Translations under genes and position numbers: made by a program
Notes under the pieces: generated by a model
The model's input: the letters and a program-made list of their open reading frames with translations, nothing else
What the model was told of the DNA's origin: nothing
Databases searched by the model: none
NCBI GenBank assembly: GCA_963707985.1
Contig: CAVPRW010000007.1
Location: 64,001 to 128,000 of the forward strand
DNA: 64,000 bases
DNA from: an uncultured Nitrospinota bacterium
GTDB lineage: Bacteria > Tectomicrobia > Entotheonellia > J063 > CAVPRW01
Reading direction: 5' to 3'
Shown here: one piece after another, positions 10,462-21,367 of the stretch
Layout: every line of letters begins with the position of its first letter
Position numbering within the stretch: position 1 is the first letter of the stretch

Positions 10462-11997
10462 ATGCTAGACGGAAAGCACTTTGCAAAGGTTGCCAGCAGT
10501 GGCTTCGGTGACCCTCACAACAGTTACGCCTGGTCGATGGAATGGTTCAAGGGGCGACTCTATGTAGGCACCAACCGGGATATCCTGTGGATGTTTGCGC
10601 GTCTGGGGGACCACACCTATCTCGATCCCTACCCGGTTCCCTTGCTCCCCCGAGCCAAAATGGACCTTCGCGGTCAGGTCTGGTGCTACACGCCCGAGAC
10701 AGGCAGCTGGGAACGAGTCTATACCTCACCCCTGATTAGCGCGTCTCCGCTGCGGGGCACTGCTACATTACCCTGGCGTCGGCTCCTGCGGGCGCGACGT
10801 ATGATCGGTCGACAAACCCGACAGCGCCGGACACGAGCGGTCATTCGGGGGTTGCTGCGCGAGTGGCGTGAGTGGATGCAGGCCGGATTCAAGAGCAAAA
10901 CCCCTCGCGAAATGGGCTATCGGAGCATGGCTGTCTTTACGGACCAGCAAGGGACCGAGGCATTGTATGTGGTCAGCACCGGAGCAGAGGGGCACATCCT
11001 CCGCACGCTCGATGGCACGACGTTTGAGGTGCTTCCCAAGCCTGCCCTGAGTGTGAATATGGCCTTCGGTTTTCGACCCCTGGTGACCTTCAAAGGCCGT
11101 CTGTACACGTCCCCCATAGGTTCACCAATGTTTCCGAATTTTTCGGTCCATCCTACGGTATTGGAGATTACTGCCCCGTCTCGTGCAGCGCTGGACCCAT
11201 CAATCTGGCGCCCTGTCAGCACACCCGGATTTGGCGATCCCGACAATCTCTCGATTTTTGAAATGGCCGCATTTCGGGACCACCTCTATGCCGGTGTGGG
11301 CAACCTGAATGGTTTTCAAATCTGGAAGACGGATGCCGCCGGGTCGCCCCCCTACCGCTGGACACCGGTGGTGACCAATGGGGGACATCGGAGCCCATCA
11401 GGCTTGCCTGCGGTGATCAGCATGTGCCCTTTTGGCGACTGGCTCTATGTCGGGAGTGGACGTGCAGTCCCCGCCATCGAAATGCTTGAACCCAACCCTG
11501 GAGAATTGATCCGCATCGCCCCAGATGACACTTGGGAAGTGGTGGCTGGCGTCCCCCGTGACACTCCGCTGGGTATGAAGGTCCCCATCAGCGGCATGCC
11601 AGGCGGCTTCGGCAATCCGCTGGCGATGTACGTGTGGCGTATGGAGGAGCACGATGGGTGGCTCTATGCCGGGCTCAATGATCCGACCACCTTTTTGCGC
11701 TATATCCCCAAGAGTCGTCTGGATGCCCGTGTGGTGAGTTGGATCGATCAACATGGCGGCGTAGAGAAGTTCCTGGAGGACGAGGGGGGCTTTGACCTGT
11801 GGGGCACGCCGGATGGGCTCCATTGGACGTGTATTACCCGTACTGGCTTCGACAACCCATTCAATAACGGTGTACGTACCCTCAAATCGACTCCACGTGG
11901 ACTGTTTGTCGGAAGTATGAACTTCTTCACCGAGGCCACAGATCCCGTGACGGGGGAACCGCGTGGCGGCATGGAGATCTGGCTCGGGACGCGATAG
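10462..11997 (+). CDS. Hypothetical beta-propeller-like protein
   Basis: Repeated GFG(D/N)PxN and FxGxLYxG motifs; AGGAG RBS before ATG 10462. Confidence 0.65.
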   Translation: MLDGKHFAKVASSGFGDPHNSYAWSMEWFKGRLYVGTNRDILWMFARLGDHTYLDPYPVPLLPRAKMDLRGQVWCYTPETGSWERVYTSPLISASPLRGTATLPWRRLLRARRMIGRQTRQRRTRAVIRGLLREWREWMQAGFKSKTPREMGYRSMAVFTDQQGTEALYVVSTGAEGHILRTLDGTTFEVLPKPALSVNMAFGFRPLVTFKGRLYTSPIGSPMFPNFSVHPTVLEITAPSRAALDPSIWRPVSTPGFGDPDNLSIFEMAAFRDHLYAGVGNLNGFQIWKTDAAGSPPYRWTPVVTNGGHRSPSGLPAVISMCPFGDWLYVGSGRAVPAIEMLEPNPGELIRIAPDDTWEVVAGVPRDTPLGMKVPISGMPGGFGNPLAMYVWRMEEHDGWLYAGLNDPTTFLRYIPKSRLDARVVSWIDQHGGVEKFLEDEGGFDLWGTPDGLHWTCITRTGFDNPFNNGVRTLKSTPRGLFVGSMNFFTEATDPVTGEPRGGMEIWLGTR

Positions 11998-12037
11998 ATA
12001 CGGAAATTCTCGGAATATGTTATGTAAGGAGAACCCT

Positions 12038-14053
12038 ATGAAGAAAATTCTCTTGATTACACCTGATTTCACCCCCGAGGAAACGCGAGTGCGCTCGATC
12101 GCTGGCGGACTCAGCGCGTTGAAATTCATGCCACAGAAGACCATGATGGCCCCCCTCGGGTTGGCGACCGTCGCGGCCTTGACCCCAGATGATATCGAAG
12201 TGGATATCTGGGATGAGGCGGTGCATGGTCTGATTGCCGATGATACCGATTTCGGCAAGGACTATGATCTCGTGGGCGTCACCGGCTACATCAATCACCT
12301 GTTGCGCGTCAAACGGCTCGGCGAACTATTCCGTCGGCGGGGTATTCCGGTAGCCGTCGGCGGGCCAGGTGTGTCATCGGCCCCGGAGCATTATCGCCAC
12401 GCCTTCGACATCCTGTTCATTGGTGAAGCCGAGTATACCTGGCCGCAATTTATTGCGGAATGGCAAGCCGGCCACTATCGCTCCGAGTATCGGCAAGTCG
12501 AAAAACTCGACATGACGCAATCCCCTCTACCCCGGTGGGATAAGATCGCCGCCGATCTGAAGTCGTATCTGTGTGGCGGGGTGCAAACGACGCGCGGCTG
12601 TCCGTTCGACTGTGAATTCTGCGATGTGATCTATATCTATGGGCGGCAAGCACGCCACAAGTCGATCGAACAGGTGTTGCAGGAGGTCAGTGCGCTGGAA
12701 CGGCTGGGGGTCGAGCGCATCTTTTTCAGTGATGACAACTTCATCGGCAATCCGCACTATGCAAAGGCGTTACTCAAAGCCTTGATCCCGGTCAACAATG
12801 GGTTCCGCAATCCGATCGGATTCTTCACGCAAATCACGCTCAACGTCGCCAAAGACGACGAGATGCTCGCGTTGTTGGCCGATGCCAATTTCGCTGTCCT
12901 GTTCATTGGCATCGAGTCGGCGAATATCGACAGTTTGATCGAGATGAACAAGCCCCAGAATTACAAAACCGACATGGTGGGGGATATCAAAAAGATCCTG
13001 AGCTACGGCCTGCCGGTGACGGCCGGTTTGATTGTCGGCTTTGATCACGACGATGCGAGTATCTTTGATCAGCAGTTTGAGTTTTCTCAGGAAGCCTGTA
13101 TCCCGATGCCCACAGCGCACATGTTGAAGGCTCCCCTGGGGACGAAGCTGTGGGTGCGTTTTCATAAAGAAGGACGCGTCGTGCACTTTGAGGAAACCGG
13201 ACTGCGACCCTTGAATGATACGCGCGCGTGGACCAACATTCTCCCCAAACTGATGACCCGCCAAGAGCTGATGACGGGCTATCTCAGTCTGGTCGAGCGC
13301 CTCAGAGATTGGCGGAATTTTGAGACCCGCGTGATGGGCATGCTTTCGCTGATCCAGCGGCAGCCCCAGGTGAAGCCTCGGGCGGCGTCCTGGGAACAAA
13401 GCATGGGGGTATTCAAGTTCGTCCTCGAAGGCATGGAGCCGCAAGCACGACAATGTGCCATCCGACTCCTGCGCCATACCCGCCAACGCGCCCCCTTCAT
13501 GATCGCCAAAGTAGTAGGGATGTTGGCACGCCAGCATCTCGAAGCAGCCGAGCTGCCATCGTTGCGAGAGCTGATCGACAGCCAAATTCGCCTGGAGAGT
13601 ACAGAGGAAGCCAGGTTGCAACGGGAGCCGACGGTCTTCTTTGTTCCCGAGGCGTTCAAGAAACCCTATCGGGACCTCTTCCCCGAGCTACACGAGCGTG
13701 TGCACCAGGGCCTCATCGAGAAATCTCGCACGCAAGACGCCCTGGTCGAGGTGATCTATGACTTTCTCACCCGTTGGGGGCTCACCTTTGAGCAATTCGA
13801 GGAGCATCACCGCGCCTTCCTGTTCGAGATCTGCGATCGTACCATCGCGAAGGAAAACGGGGAGCTTGCGGCTGGGGCTGATGCAGGGCAGGAACTCCGG
13901 GTGCTTCCCGATCGCCGCGCCGGCCTGAGCGATGGGCAAGCCTCGATATGGCTGAGGCGCTTGGCCGATGAGGTGCTACGCCTCGTCGAACAGGACCTCC
14001 GGACCTTTAGGCCAGAACCGGGTGCCTCCTCCTTGGCAACTGCTACCCCATAG
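12038..14053 (+). CDS. B12-binding radical SAM protein (HpnP/DUF4070-like)
   Basis: PLGLATVAALTP, VGG..S, RGCPFDCEFC (CxxxCxxC), DDNF, GIES; AGGAG RBS. Confidence 0.88.
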   Translation: MKKILLITPDFTPEETRVRSIAGGLSALKFMPQKTMMAPLGLATVAALTPDDIEVDIWDEAVHGLIADDTDFGKDYDLVGVTGYINHLLRVKRLGELFRRRGIPVAVGGPGVSSAPEHYRHAFDILFIGEAEYTWPQFIAEWQAGHYRSEYRQVEKLDMTQSPLPRWDKIAADLKSYLCGGVQTTRGCPFDCEFCDVIYIYGRQARHKSIEQVLQEVSALERLGVERIFFSDDNFIGNPHYAKALLKALIPVNNGFRNPIGFFTQITLNVAKDDEMLALLADANFAVLFIGIESANIDSLIEMNKPQNYKTDMVGDIKKILSYGLPVTAGLIVGFDHDDASIFDQQFEFSQEACIPMPTAHMLKAPLGTKLWVRFHKEGRVVHFEETGLRPLNDTRAWTNILPKLMTRQELMTGYLSLVERLRDWRNFETRVMGMLSLIQRQPQVKPRAASWEQSMGVFKFVLEGMEPQARQCAIRLLRHTRQRAPFMIAKVVGMLARQHLEAAELPSLRELIDSQIRLESTEEARLQREPTVFFVPEAFKKPYRDLFPELHERVHQGLIEKSRTQDALVEVIYDFLTRWGLTFEQFEEHHRAFLFEICDRTIAKENGELAAGADAGQELRVLPDRRAGLSDGQASIWLRRLADEVLRLVEQDLRTFRPEPGASSLATATP

Positions 14054-14216
14054 TGCAAAGGCACGGCGCTCGATCCCACCTTGTGAAGCTGAGGTCCGGG
14101 CTCAAATGGCCTCATGGCCTTCGCAATCGAGCGCGTCTCAGCCGCTTTGTAGTAAAGCGGGCGGCAGGCTATCCATCAGAGACAGCCTGCCGCAGCGCGC
14201 GGGATTCCAGAACCTG

Positions 14217-15201
14217 TTAGTTCGGCATCAGGGCCAGGGTTCTGATCTCCCCAAATTCCTTGCGCAGTTTCTGCCAGGACTCACCCCCATCGGTGCTCAC
14301 ATACACATAGCCGTAGAGACTGGCGGCCGCGACGACCTGTGGTCGCGATGGATGGGTCGCAAACCAATAGACGACCGAGTTCGGCTCCACCGGCAACTGG
14401 AGCGCTTCCCACGACTGGCCGCCATCGGTCGAGTGTTGGATCGTGCCGGTGACACCTGGGATCGCGTCGCCGTTGCCGACGAAGATGACGTTCGGGTCAT
14501 CGGCCTTCAGCATGACCCCCCGGCAATATGACCGGTTGTCGGACTCATGGAACTTGGGGAAATTATGATACTTCCAACTCTCCCCTTCATCCGTGCTGGT
14601 GGCAATCCCAAAGGGCGTGGTGGCATACACGGCCGATGGCGAGCTGACCCGCAGACGCCAGCCCATGGATGTCGCCTTGGAAGGGGTCTGGACCGAGGGC
14701 CGGTAGATGGCGCCAGGTGTCGCCGCCATCGAGACTCTTATAGACGCCATCGACCTCGATGCCTGCCCAAATAGTGCGGTGATCCCGCGGGTCGACGATC
14801 ATGTTGGTGGTCCGTGGGATACCCACTGGGCAAGGTATGGTGACGCCTAACGACAGGGCGTCCCACGTCTTGCCGCCGTCACGCGAGCGGAAGGCATCCG
14901 GCCGAGTGCCGACGAAGATGGTGTCAGAGTCCGTGGGATCGACCGTCACCGACCAGATCTGGATCCCATCCATGGGAGACTCGATCTTCTCCCAGGTACC
15001 GCCGGCATTCTCACTGCGAAACAGGCCCACATCACTGCCGGCCAGGATGCGGTGAGGATTGTTGGGGTAGACCGTCAGGGCTCTGACATTGCACTCCGAC
15101 GGAATGGGCTGACGGATGCGGTTCCACGTCTCTCCCCCATCCGGGCTGCATGACAGGCCTCCACCGACGGTCCCGACGCAGAGCGTGAAATCTTGTGACA
15201 T
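14217..15201 (-). CDS. BNR/Asp-box beta-propeller protein (YCF48-like), frameshift near 14655
   Basis: Multiple SxDGGxTW repeats across two overlapping ORFs. Confidence 0.8.
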
Positions 15202-15281
15202 GGCAGTTCCTCCTCTCTTCAGCGGACGTTGCCACAGCGACTTGTCTAGGTCCCCATCATAGACCAAGTGTGAGGCCATGG

Positions 15282-16791
15282 CTACTGATAACTGCTCACC
15301 TTGGACACCCGCTGGGGCGCTGGTGCCGTATAGGTACCAGCCTGCTGACCTACGGCTAACCGTGCATCGACCAGAGCCGGTCTTCGGCCTCTGCTCGGGG
15401 ACACACTCTCGTAGGCGTCAGCCACTTGTAGCAGGCGCGCCTCATCGAATGGACGGCCGATGAACTGAATCCCGATAGGCAGCCCAGCTTGGGTGAACCC
15501 ACACGGCACGGTGACGGCAGGTAGCCCCGTGGCATTGCTAGGACTGGTACATCTGGACACCACGCCAGATCCCGGCCCTCGCACACGATACTCCGCATCT
15601 CCCAAGTTGACCGTGGGGGTATCGATACGGGGCGCGGCGATTGGGGCGGTGGGCGTCACTAGAAAATCCACCTCCTGCAAGACCCGGGCATGCTCTTCCT
15701 TGATCAGCCGTTGGACTTTCAGAGCCTTCGAGTAATCCCGGCCCAGGACAAATTGCCCTGCCAACGTGCGGTACAGCACATCGGGCCCATAGTCCTGGCG
15801 GTGCGTCGCCAGATACGGCTCGTGCGTCACCACGCTATCGGCGAGGGAGGCGATACGCAGCGCCCCGGCGTACCGCATGCTGGGAAACGAGACGGCTTTG
15901 GTCGCCACCCCGAGAGCCTCCAAGTCCTCGATCGCTCGCCGCACGGCTGTATCCACCTCAGGGTCGAGCAAGTCGAAGTAATAATTGCTGGGAATCCCCA
16001 TCCGCAGCCCACGCACGTCATGGCCGAGGGCTGGCCGTATAGTCCGGCACTGGGACCGGGACGGTGCTGGGGTCCAGTGGATCGTAACCAGCGATCACCT
16101 GCAGCATCAGAGCACTGTCCCGGACCGACCTGGTCAAGGGGCCGATGTGATCGCCATTAAAGCTGGTCACTAACAGCCCGCGCTGACTGACTCTACCGAA
16201 GGTTTGTTTAAGCCCCACCACACCGCAGAAGGTGCCTGGCAAGCGCACCGACCCGCCAAGGTCAGTCCCCAATGACGCGAAGGTCACGCAGGCCGCGACG
16301 TTCGCCCCACCCCCGCCGCTGGAGCCACCGGGGATATGATCGAGGGCCCAGGGGTTGTGCACAGCGCCGTAGTGCGGATTATTCGATGTGGGTCCTGCAG
16401 CAAACTCTTCCAGATTCTCTTTCCCCAGCATAATGGCGCCGGCTGCCTGGCATAGGCGTACCACATGTGCATCTTCCGCAGGGAGGTAATCGGCTAGTAC
16501 TTTCGAGCCCACGGTGCTGCGGATACCGGCAGTTGCAAGGTTGTCTTTGATACCGATGGGGATGCCCTGCAGCGGGCCACGGTACTCGCCACGAGCTAAC
16601 GCCGCCTCTTGTTCTTTGGCCTGGCGCATCGCTTGGTCATGTAAGATGGTGATAAACGAACACAGGACGGGCTGCAAGCGGTCGGCCTGAGCCAGGGCTG
16701 CCTCGGTCAGCTCCACGGGCGAGACCTTCCGGGCCTTGATCTGTGCCGACAGTTCCGAAATCGGAAGTTTGAGAAGCTCGCTAGCTGACAT
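15282..16791 (-). CDS. Amidase signature family (GatA/AtzE-like), frameshift near 16030
   Basis: IGIKDN, PGGSSGG, GTDLGGSVR, GLPIGIQ. Confidence 0.88.
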
Positions 16792-16985
16792 TAGACTCGA
16801 CCTCCTTCGTCGGCATGCAGCAGCCGAGCCGAGAGCACATTGGCGAGATCGAGCTCGCGCAATTGCTCAGCCTCGGCGAGATAGCTTTCCAGTTCAGGTC
16901 GAATGCGCTCCAGTTCTTCGTCGGATAGGGGAAATCCGTGATATTCGTGAATCATGGCTTTGAGGGTGGCAATTGAAAGTGGCAT
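16791..16985 (-). CDS. Small GatC/AtzG-like amidase partner
   Basis: 64 aa acidic helical protein whose stop abuts the amidase start. Confidence 0.55.
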   Translation of the reverse strand: MPLSIATLKAMIHEYHGFPLSDEELERIRPELESYLAEAEQLRELDLANVLSARLLHADEGGRV

Positions 16986-17024
16986 ACTCTTGACCTCCTG
17001 TCATGATGCGATCCTTACCAGCCG

Positions 17025-17509
17025 ATGGTTCCGGCACCTGCATGACGTTGCCTCCTCCCGCCGCCTGGTCAAATGCGTCAGGGACTCCGCTGGCACATAT
17101 GACCAGGGCTCCGGCACGGACGATTGGGCAGGGCTACCCCACGTGGGCCTTCGCTGAAGCGGCTATGGTGTGCCGGAGAAATATTCCTTCAGGCCAACCA
17201 TTCCTCGCCCATCTCACGAAGAAGTATGGCAAGGGCAAAGCCGTGATCGTCATAGCATATAAATGGCCACACGCCGTCGATATATGTTGCCACTTCCCCG
17301 GGTCTGGCACTCACGGACGTACGGTCACCCTCTCCCTGGCGACAGCACCTCAAGACGTGTCTGGTGCAGCCATGTCCTGTCTGCACCTGCCATTCGAGAA
17401 TCAAGTCAGAGCACGCTACAGAGCCCTGACCTCATCAGGAGAAAGGAATCAGAAAAAATCGGCTCTCAGGAGTCGAGTGCCTCTTAACCACCGGGAGCTT
17501 CACAAGGGT
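17025..17509 (+). mobile_element. Degenerate IS110/IS1111-type remnant: transposase C-terminus plus 3' non-coding end
   Basis: Broken frames read RLVKCVRDSAG..SGT, WAFAEAA and KKYGKGKA..IAYK, matching the IS110 C-terminal domain. Confidence 0.65.
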
Positions 17510-17607
17510 GTGGCTCCGGTCGAAGATCCTGTTCCGGCACCAATCCTTAGGGGACTGCTCTTCGCCCCTCGCCCGACTGCCGTAAAGGTCCCAACTTGGC
17601 GACACGG

Positions 17608-17934
17608 TTATGAAGCCTGCACCTCGACAACTGTCCCGGGCTGAATGGCTTCGAGTATTTTGCGTACGTTAGACATGAGTGGTACAAGGTCATCCAGTCG
17701 ATTGGTGGGAGCGACTAAAACGACGACGGCCACAGGGACCCCACGAAAGTTTTGCTGATGACGGAGGTTCTGGTCGGTGGTGAGGAACGCCGTGAAGGTC
17801 TCTGCATGCAGCAGCTGTATCAATTCCCCATTCCGTTTCCCTGCCCACCCCATCTCCACCACGGTGCGTACCTCATGGTCCGCTAATTCACGGCGTAGCG
17901 GTTGGGGGACGCACTCATCAAGCAATATGCGCAT
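17608..17934 (-). CDS. DUF5615 PIN-like toxin
   Basis: MRILLDECVP, GWAGKRNGEL, TTDQNL. Confidence 0.85.
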   Translation of the reverse strand: MRILLDECVPQPLRRELADHEVRTVVEMGWAGKRNGELIQLLHAETFTAFLTTDQNLRHQQNFRGVPVAVVVLVAPTNRLDDLVPLMSNVRKILEAIQPGTVVEVQAS

Positions 17935-18142
17935 GGGCGGCTAGCATCTCTTTGGCGAGTTCAAGCACGGCGACAGCTTGCTCGCGGCTCACACTTGGAA
18001 AATGGTCGAGAAACACCGTGAGAGACTCTCCGGCTTCCAAATAGTCCAGCAATGTCTTCACGGGCACACGCGTGCCAACAAATACGGGGGTCCCCCCTAA
18101 TATGTGAGGGTCGCTATGGATGGTCGATGGTTTCATAGCCAT
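17918..18142 (-). CDS. DUF433 antitoxin
   Basis: DPHILGGTPVFVGTRVPV; overlaps the PIN gene. Confidence 0.88.
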   Translation of the reverse strand: MAMKPSTIHSDPHILGGTPVFVGTRVPVKTLLDYLEAGESLTVFLDHFPSVSREQAVAVLELAKEMLAAHAHIA

Positions 18143-18427
18143 AGGTTCACTCCTTTCAGAGTGAAACTACACCATCCAGCAATAACTGACAAGGTCCTAC
18201 CCCCTCACGCTCAGCGGCGGGCGGGGGTACGGCCGCTGATGTTTGCCGGAGTCGATGGTATTCATGGTGCCCGCCCGCTGATCACCCACGATGCCCTCGT
18301 ATTCACGCCCTTGGAGCTGGATCGCGTCAAGACCGCCCAGGAGGACGAGGTAAAAACCTCCACGCACCGTCGCTTGGTCCCGACGCTCGGTCAGATCTGA
18401 GCCCTTATACCTGGTTAACTGATAAAA

Positions 18428-19434
18428 GTGAGGCGTGCTCTCCTCTGGCGCCAGCTCAGCGCGTTCCGCTGGCTCAACTCCGCCCTGGCAGCGCGCTCCC
18501 TCCGGGAGGTCCTCGAAGAGCGGTTGCTGGGGACGGGCAAGTTCGGCGACCTGGCCGCGCGGCAAGTGCGGGGCGATAGCCCCCAGGTGCTCTTCAATAC
18601 CACCCTCTTCAACAACGGTCGGCGGTTCGTCATCACCACCATCCCACCAGAGGCCTCGCAGTACGATTTCTTCGCCGATCTGCGGCAGGCCCTGGCCAGG
18701 CGGGGACAGACGGCTGAGATTTCGCCTGCCTTCCAGCAGCGGTGGCAGACGGTGCTGGCGCTGCCCCCCCTCGACCTGCACATCGACCCGTGCGAGTTCC
18801 GGGTGGCCGGCGCGGTGGCCGCCTCTGCCTCCTTCCCCCCACTGGTGGGCCCGTTCACCGTGCGCGTCGGGGAGGAGAAGCTTTACTGGCATCTGGGGGA
18901 TGGCGGGCTGTACGAGAACTCGGGCATCGAGACGCTCCTCTTCGTGTTCTTGAAGAAGCTGCAGGAGCACAAAGCCCAGCGGGCCCTGATTTTGGCCTTC
19001 GACAGCTCCTTTCCCTTCGCGGTGGGCGAGCGGCGCCTCGGCCTACGGGCCGAGCCCTTCAGTCTCTTCACCTACGACTACTCCCGCATCCCGGGCATCA
19101 TGGAGCAGCGTGCCGGCGTCTATTTCGTAGCCTGCAACTCGAGGGCGTGTTCCCCGACAATGACACGGTGCGCATCGTCATCCTCCGCCATACCGACGCC
19201 CAGTGGCGGGACGATCTGAGCGATCTACCCGAGGCCTGCCGCCACGAGCACCCGCCGCTGCAGTCCCCGGCGGACGTGGTGGAGCGCCTGGCCGAGATCC
19301 CCACCCGTTTCCATGTGGCCTCAGCGTGCGACCGCCAACTGCTGGCCCTTGCCGCGGCCAAGGTCGTGGCACAGCACCAGCACGAGATCGTGGAGCTCCT
19401 GGCGATTCCGCCGGAGCGGTCCGCGGCCAGGTGA
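18428..19434 (+). pseudogene. Patatin-like phospholipase fragment (5'-truncated, frameshifted ~19120)
   Basis: AVAASASFP and GDGGLYENSG present; intact GGGxR and GxSxG motifs not found in frame. Confidence 0.65.
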
Positions 19435-19641
19435 CGCGCCCGGCTGCCGAGCAGGGGATGGCGAGCACGGCAGAGAGGTGGTGTCACGGTCCTTGATGGA
19501 CGTCGTCACGAGTCGGCTCCATTTCCCGCCGGTCTATGATGGTCGGTTGAGTCTCCCGCTGATGTCGGTATACTGAGAGGGAAGAGTATCGCAGATCAAA
19601 CCGATCGATGGGCGGCACGTGCTAAAGGATGGGTGAACAGT

Positions 19642-20937
19642 ATGAAAACACCACGCAAGCGTCTTGGCATCCTGGTAGGAGGGGGACCGGCCCCGGGTAT
19701 TAACAGTGCCATCAGTGCCACGGTAATCGAGGCAGTGAATGAAGACATCGAGGTCATCGGCATCTACGATGGTTACGAACATCTGATTCAGGGGCGCACT
19801 GACATGGTCCGCCCGTTGACGATTGAAGGGGTGTCGCGCATTCATTTTCAGGGAGGATCGATCCTCCGCACCTCCCGTGCAAATCCCACACGCCACCCTG
19901 ACGATATGCAACGCACACTGCAAGCCATACAAGCATTAGGCATCAGTGCGCTGGTGACCATCGGCGGCGATGATACGGCGTTCGCGGCCTCGGAGGTGGC
20001 CAACGCTTCCAACGGGGTGGTGCGTGTGGCTCATATCCCGAAGACCATCGATAACGATCTGCCGCTTCCGGGGGGGGTGTCGACCTTTGGCTTCGAGACT
20101 GCCCGTCACGTTGGCACGCAGTTAGTCCGCAACCTGATGGAGGATGCGCGGACCACCAACCGCTGGAACTTCGTGGTCGTCATGGGACGTAAGGCCGGGC
20201 ATCTGGCGCTTGGCATTGGCAAGGCAGCTGGCGCCACGCTGACGATCATTCCTGAGGAGTTCCCCGAAGAACGCATCCGTCTGCATGAGGTCAGTCGCAT
20301 GTTGGAGGCGGCTATTTTGAAACGCCGGGTGATGGGCCGTGAGCATGGGGTGGCGATCATCGCCGAAGGCATCAGCGAAAAGCTCGACCCTGAGGAACTG
20401 GCGAGTATGCCAGGGGTCGAGATGGTCTATGACCCTTATGGCCATATACGGTTAGGGGAGATTCCTCTGACGACCATCTTGAAGCGCCAGGTACAGGACC
20501 ATTTCGCCGCACGTCACGATAAACTTTCTATCGTGGATGTCACCCTCGGGTACGAGCTAAGGTGCGCCCAGGCCATCCCCTACGATGTTGACTACACGCG
20601 TACCCTGGGCTATGGAGCGGTGCGGTTTCTGCTTTCTGAGCCGGCAGACGGGCGTACGCGTCATGCCGGCTTCATCTGTGTCGAAGGCGGGCACTTGAAT
20701 GTCCTGCCCTTCGATGATTTGCGTGATCCCGCTACCGGCCGTATCCGCGTGAGAACTGTGGATGTGCGCTCGGAGCATTACCATGTCGCCCGCAAGTATA
20801 TGATCCGTCTGGAGCAAAACGATCTCGATGACACCGACATGTGCGCCAAACTGGCGGCCGCGGCTCACATGACACCTGAGATGTTCCTGAGCGCATATGG
20901 CCCTGCTGTCACCGCGCCAGAGGGATGGTCTCCATGA
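19642..20937 (+). CDS. pfp: Pyrophosphate-dependent phosphofructokinase
   Basis: GGGPAPG, GGDD (PPi-type Asp), PKTIDND, VMGR, LGYELR. Confidence 0.85.
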   Translation: MKTPRKRLGILVGGGPAPGINSAISATVIEAVNEDIEVIGIYDGYEHLIQGRTDMVRPLTIEGVSRIHFQGGSILRTSRANPTRHPDDMQRTLQAIQALGISALVTIGGDDTAFAASEVANASNGVVRVAHIPKTIDNDLPLPGGVSTFGFETARHVGTQLVRNLMEDARTTNRWNFVVVMGRKAGHLALGIGKAAGATLTIIPEEFPEERIRLHEVSRMLEAAILKRRVMGREHGVAIIAEGISEKLDPEELASMPGVEMVYDPYGHIRLGEIPLTTILKRQVQDHFAARHDKLSIVDVTLGYELRCAQAIPYDVDYTRTLGYGAVRFLLSEPADGRTRHAGFICVEGGHLNVLPFDDLRDPATGRIRVRTVDVRSEHYHVARKYMIRLEQNDLDDTDMCAKLAAAAHMTPEMFLSAYGPAVTAPEGWSP

Positions 20938-21240
20938 ACGTGCCGGTCTGCAGCGGCAGCCGTTCGTCCCTGACATGTCCAGTGATGAGGCCTGTGGCAA
21001 CACTGCTGCATGATCGACCGGAGCCATAGAGAGGTCTCCGAGGTTTTCATGCGTATGGCCGCACGCTCTTCAGGATGGAGCCAGGCGGAACACTACGCAG
21101 GCATATTTTTGCCTTGACGCCTATAACCTCGCCAGGTAATGTTGCGGTGGGACAGCGAAGGGAATCGTCGAACCACGGTGCTTTTGTTTTACCGCGGCGC
21201 AGTCATTTCCCAAACGTGGTGTCGACCACAGGAGGGGGAT

Positions 21241-21360
21241 ATGGACGACAGCGGCCAGCCTGAGCATCCACGAGGCGCACTTCTGTTTATCCTGATCTAC
21301 CTGTTACTTCTCGTAGCACTGTGGATTCACGTCTATCTCCGTCTCTGGGTAAAGGGGTAA
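21241..21360 (+). CDS. cbaD: ba3-type cytochrome c oxidase subunit IIa
   Basis: 39 aa single TM helix (PRGALLFILIY...WIHVY) directly upstream of subunit II; GGAGG RBS. Confidence 0.7.
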   Translation: MDDSGQPEHPRGALLFILIYLLLLVALWIHVYLRLWVKG

Positions 21361-21367
21361 GCCAGCG

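Noticed and set aside
15282..16985. gatCA of the tRNA amidotransferase
   Set aside because: No gatB follows, and the context looks catabolic
18200..18430. Patatin N-terminus (LSGG-like) or an IS end upstream of the patatin fragment
   Set aside because: Motif degenerate and no partner inverted repeat found
21099..21112. Sigma-54 promoter upstream of cbaD (AGGCATATTTTTGC)
   Set aside because: GG-GC spacing is 9 rather than 10; valid only if the T run is miscalled
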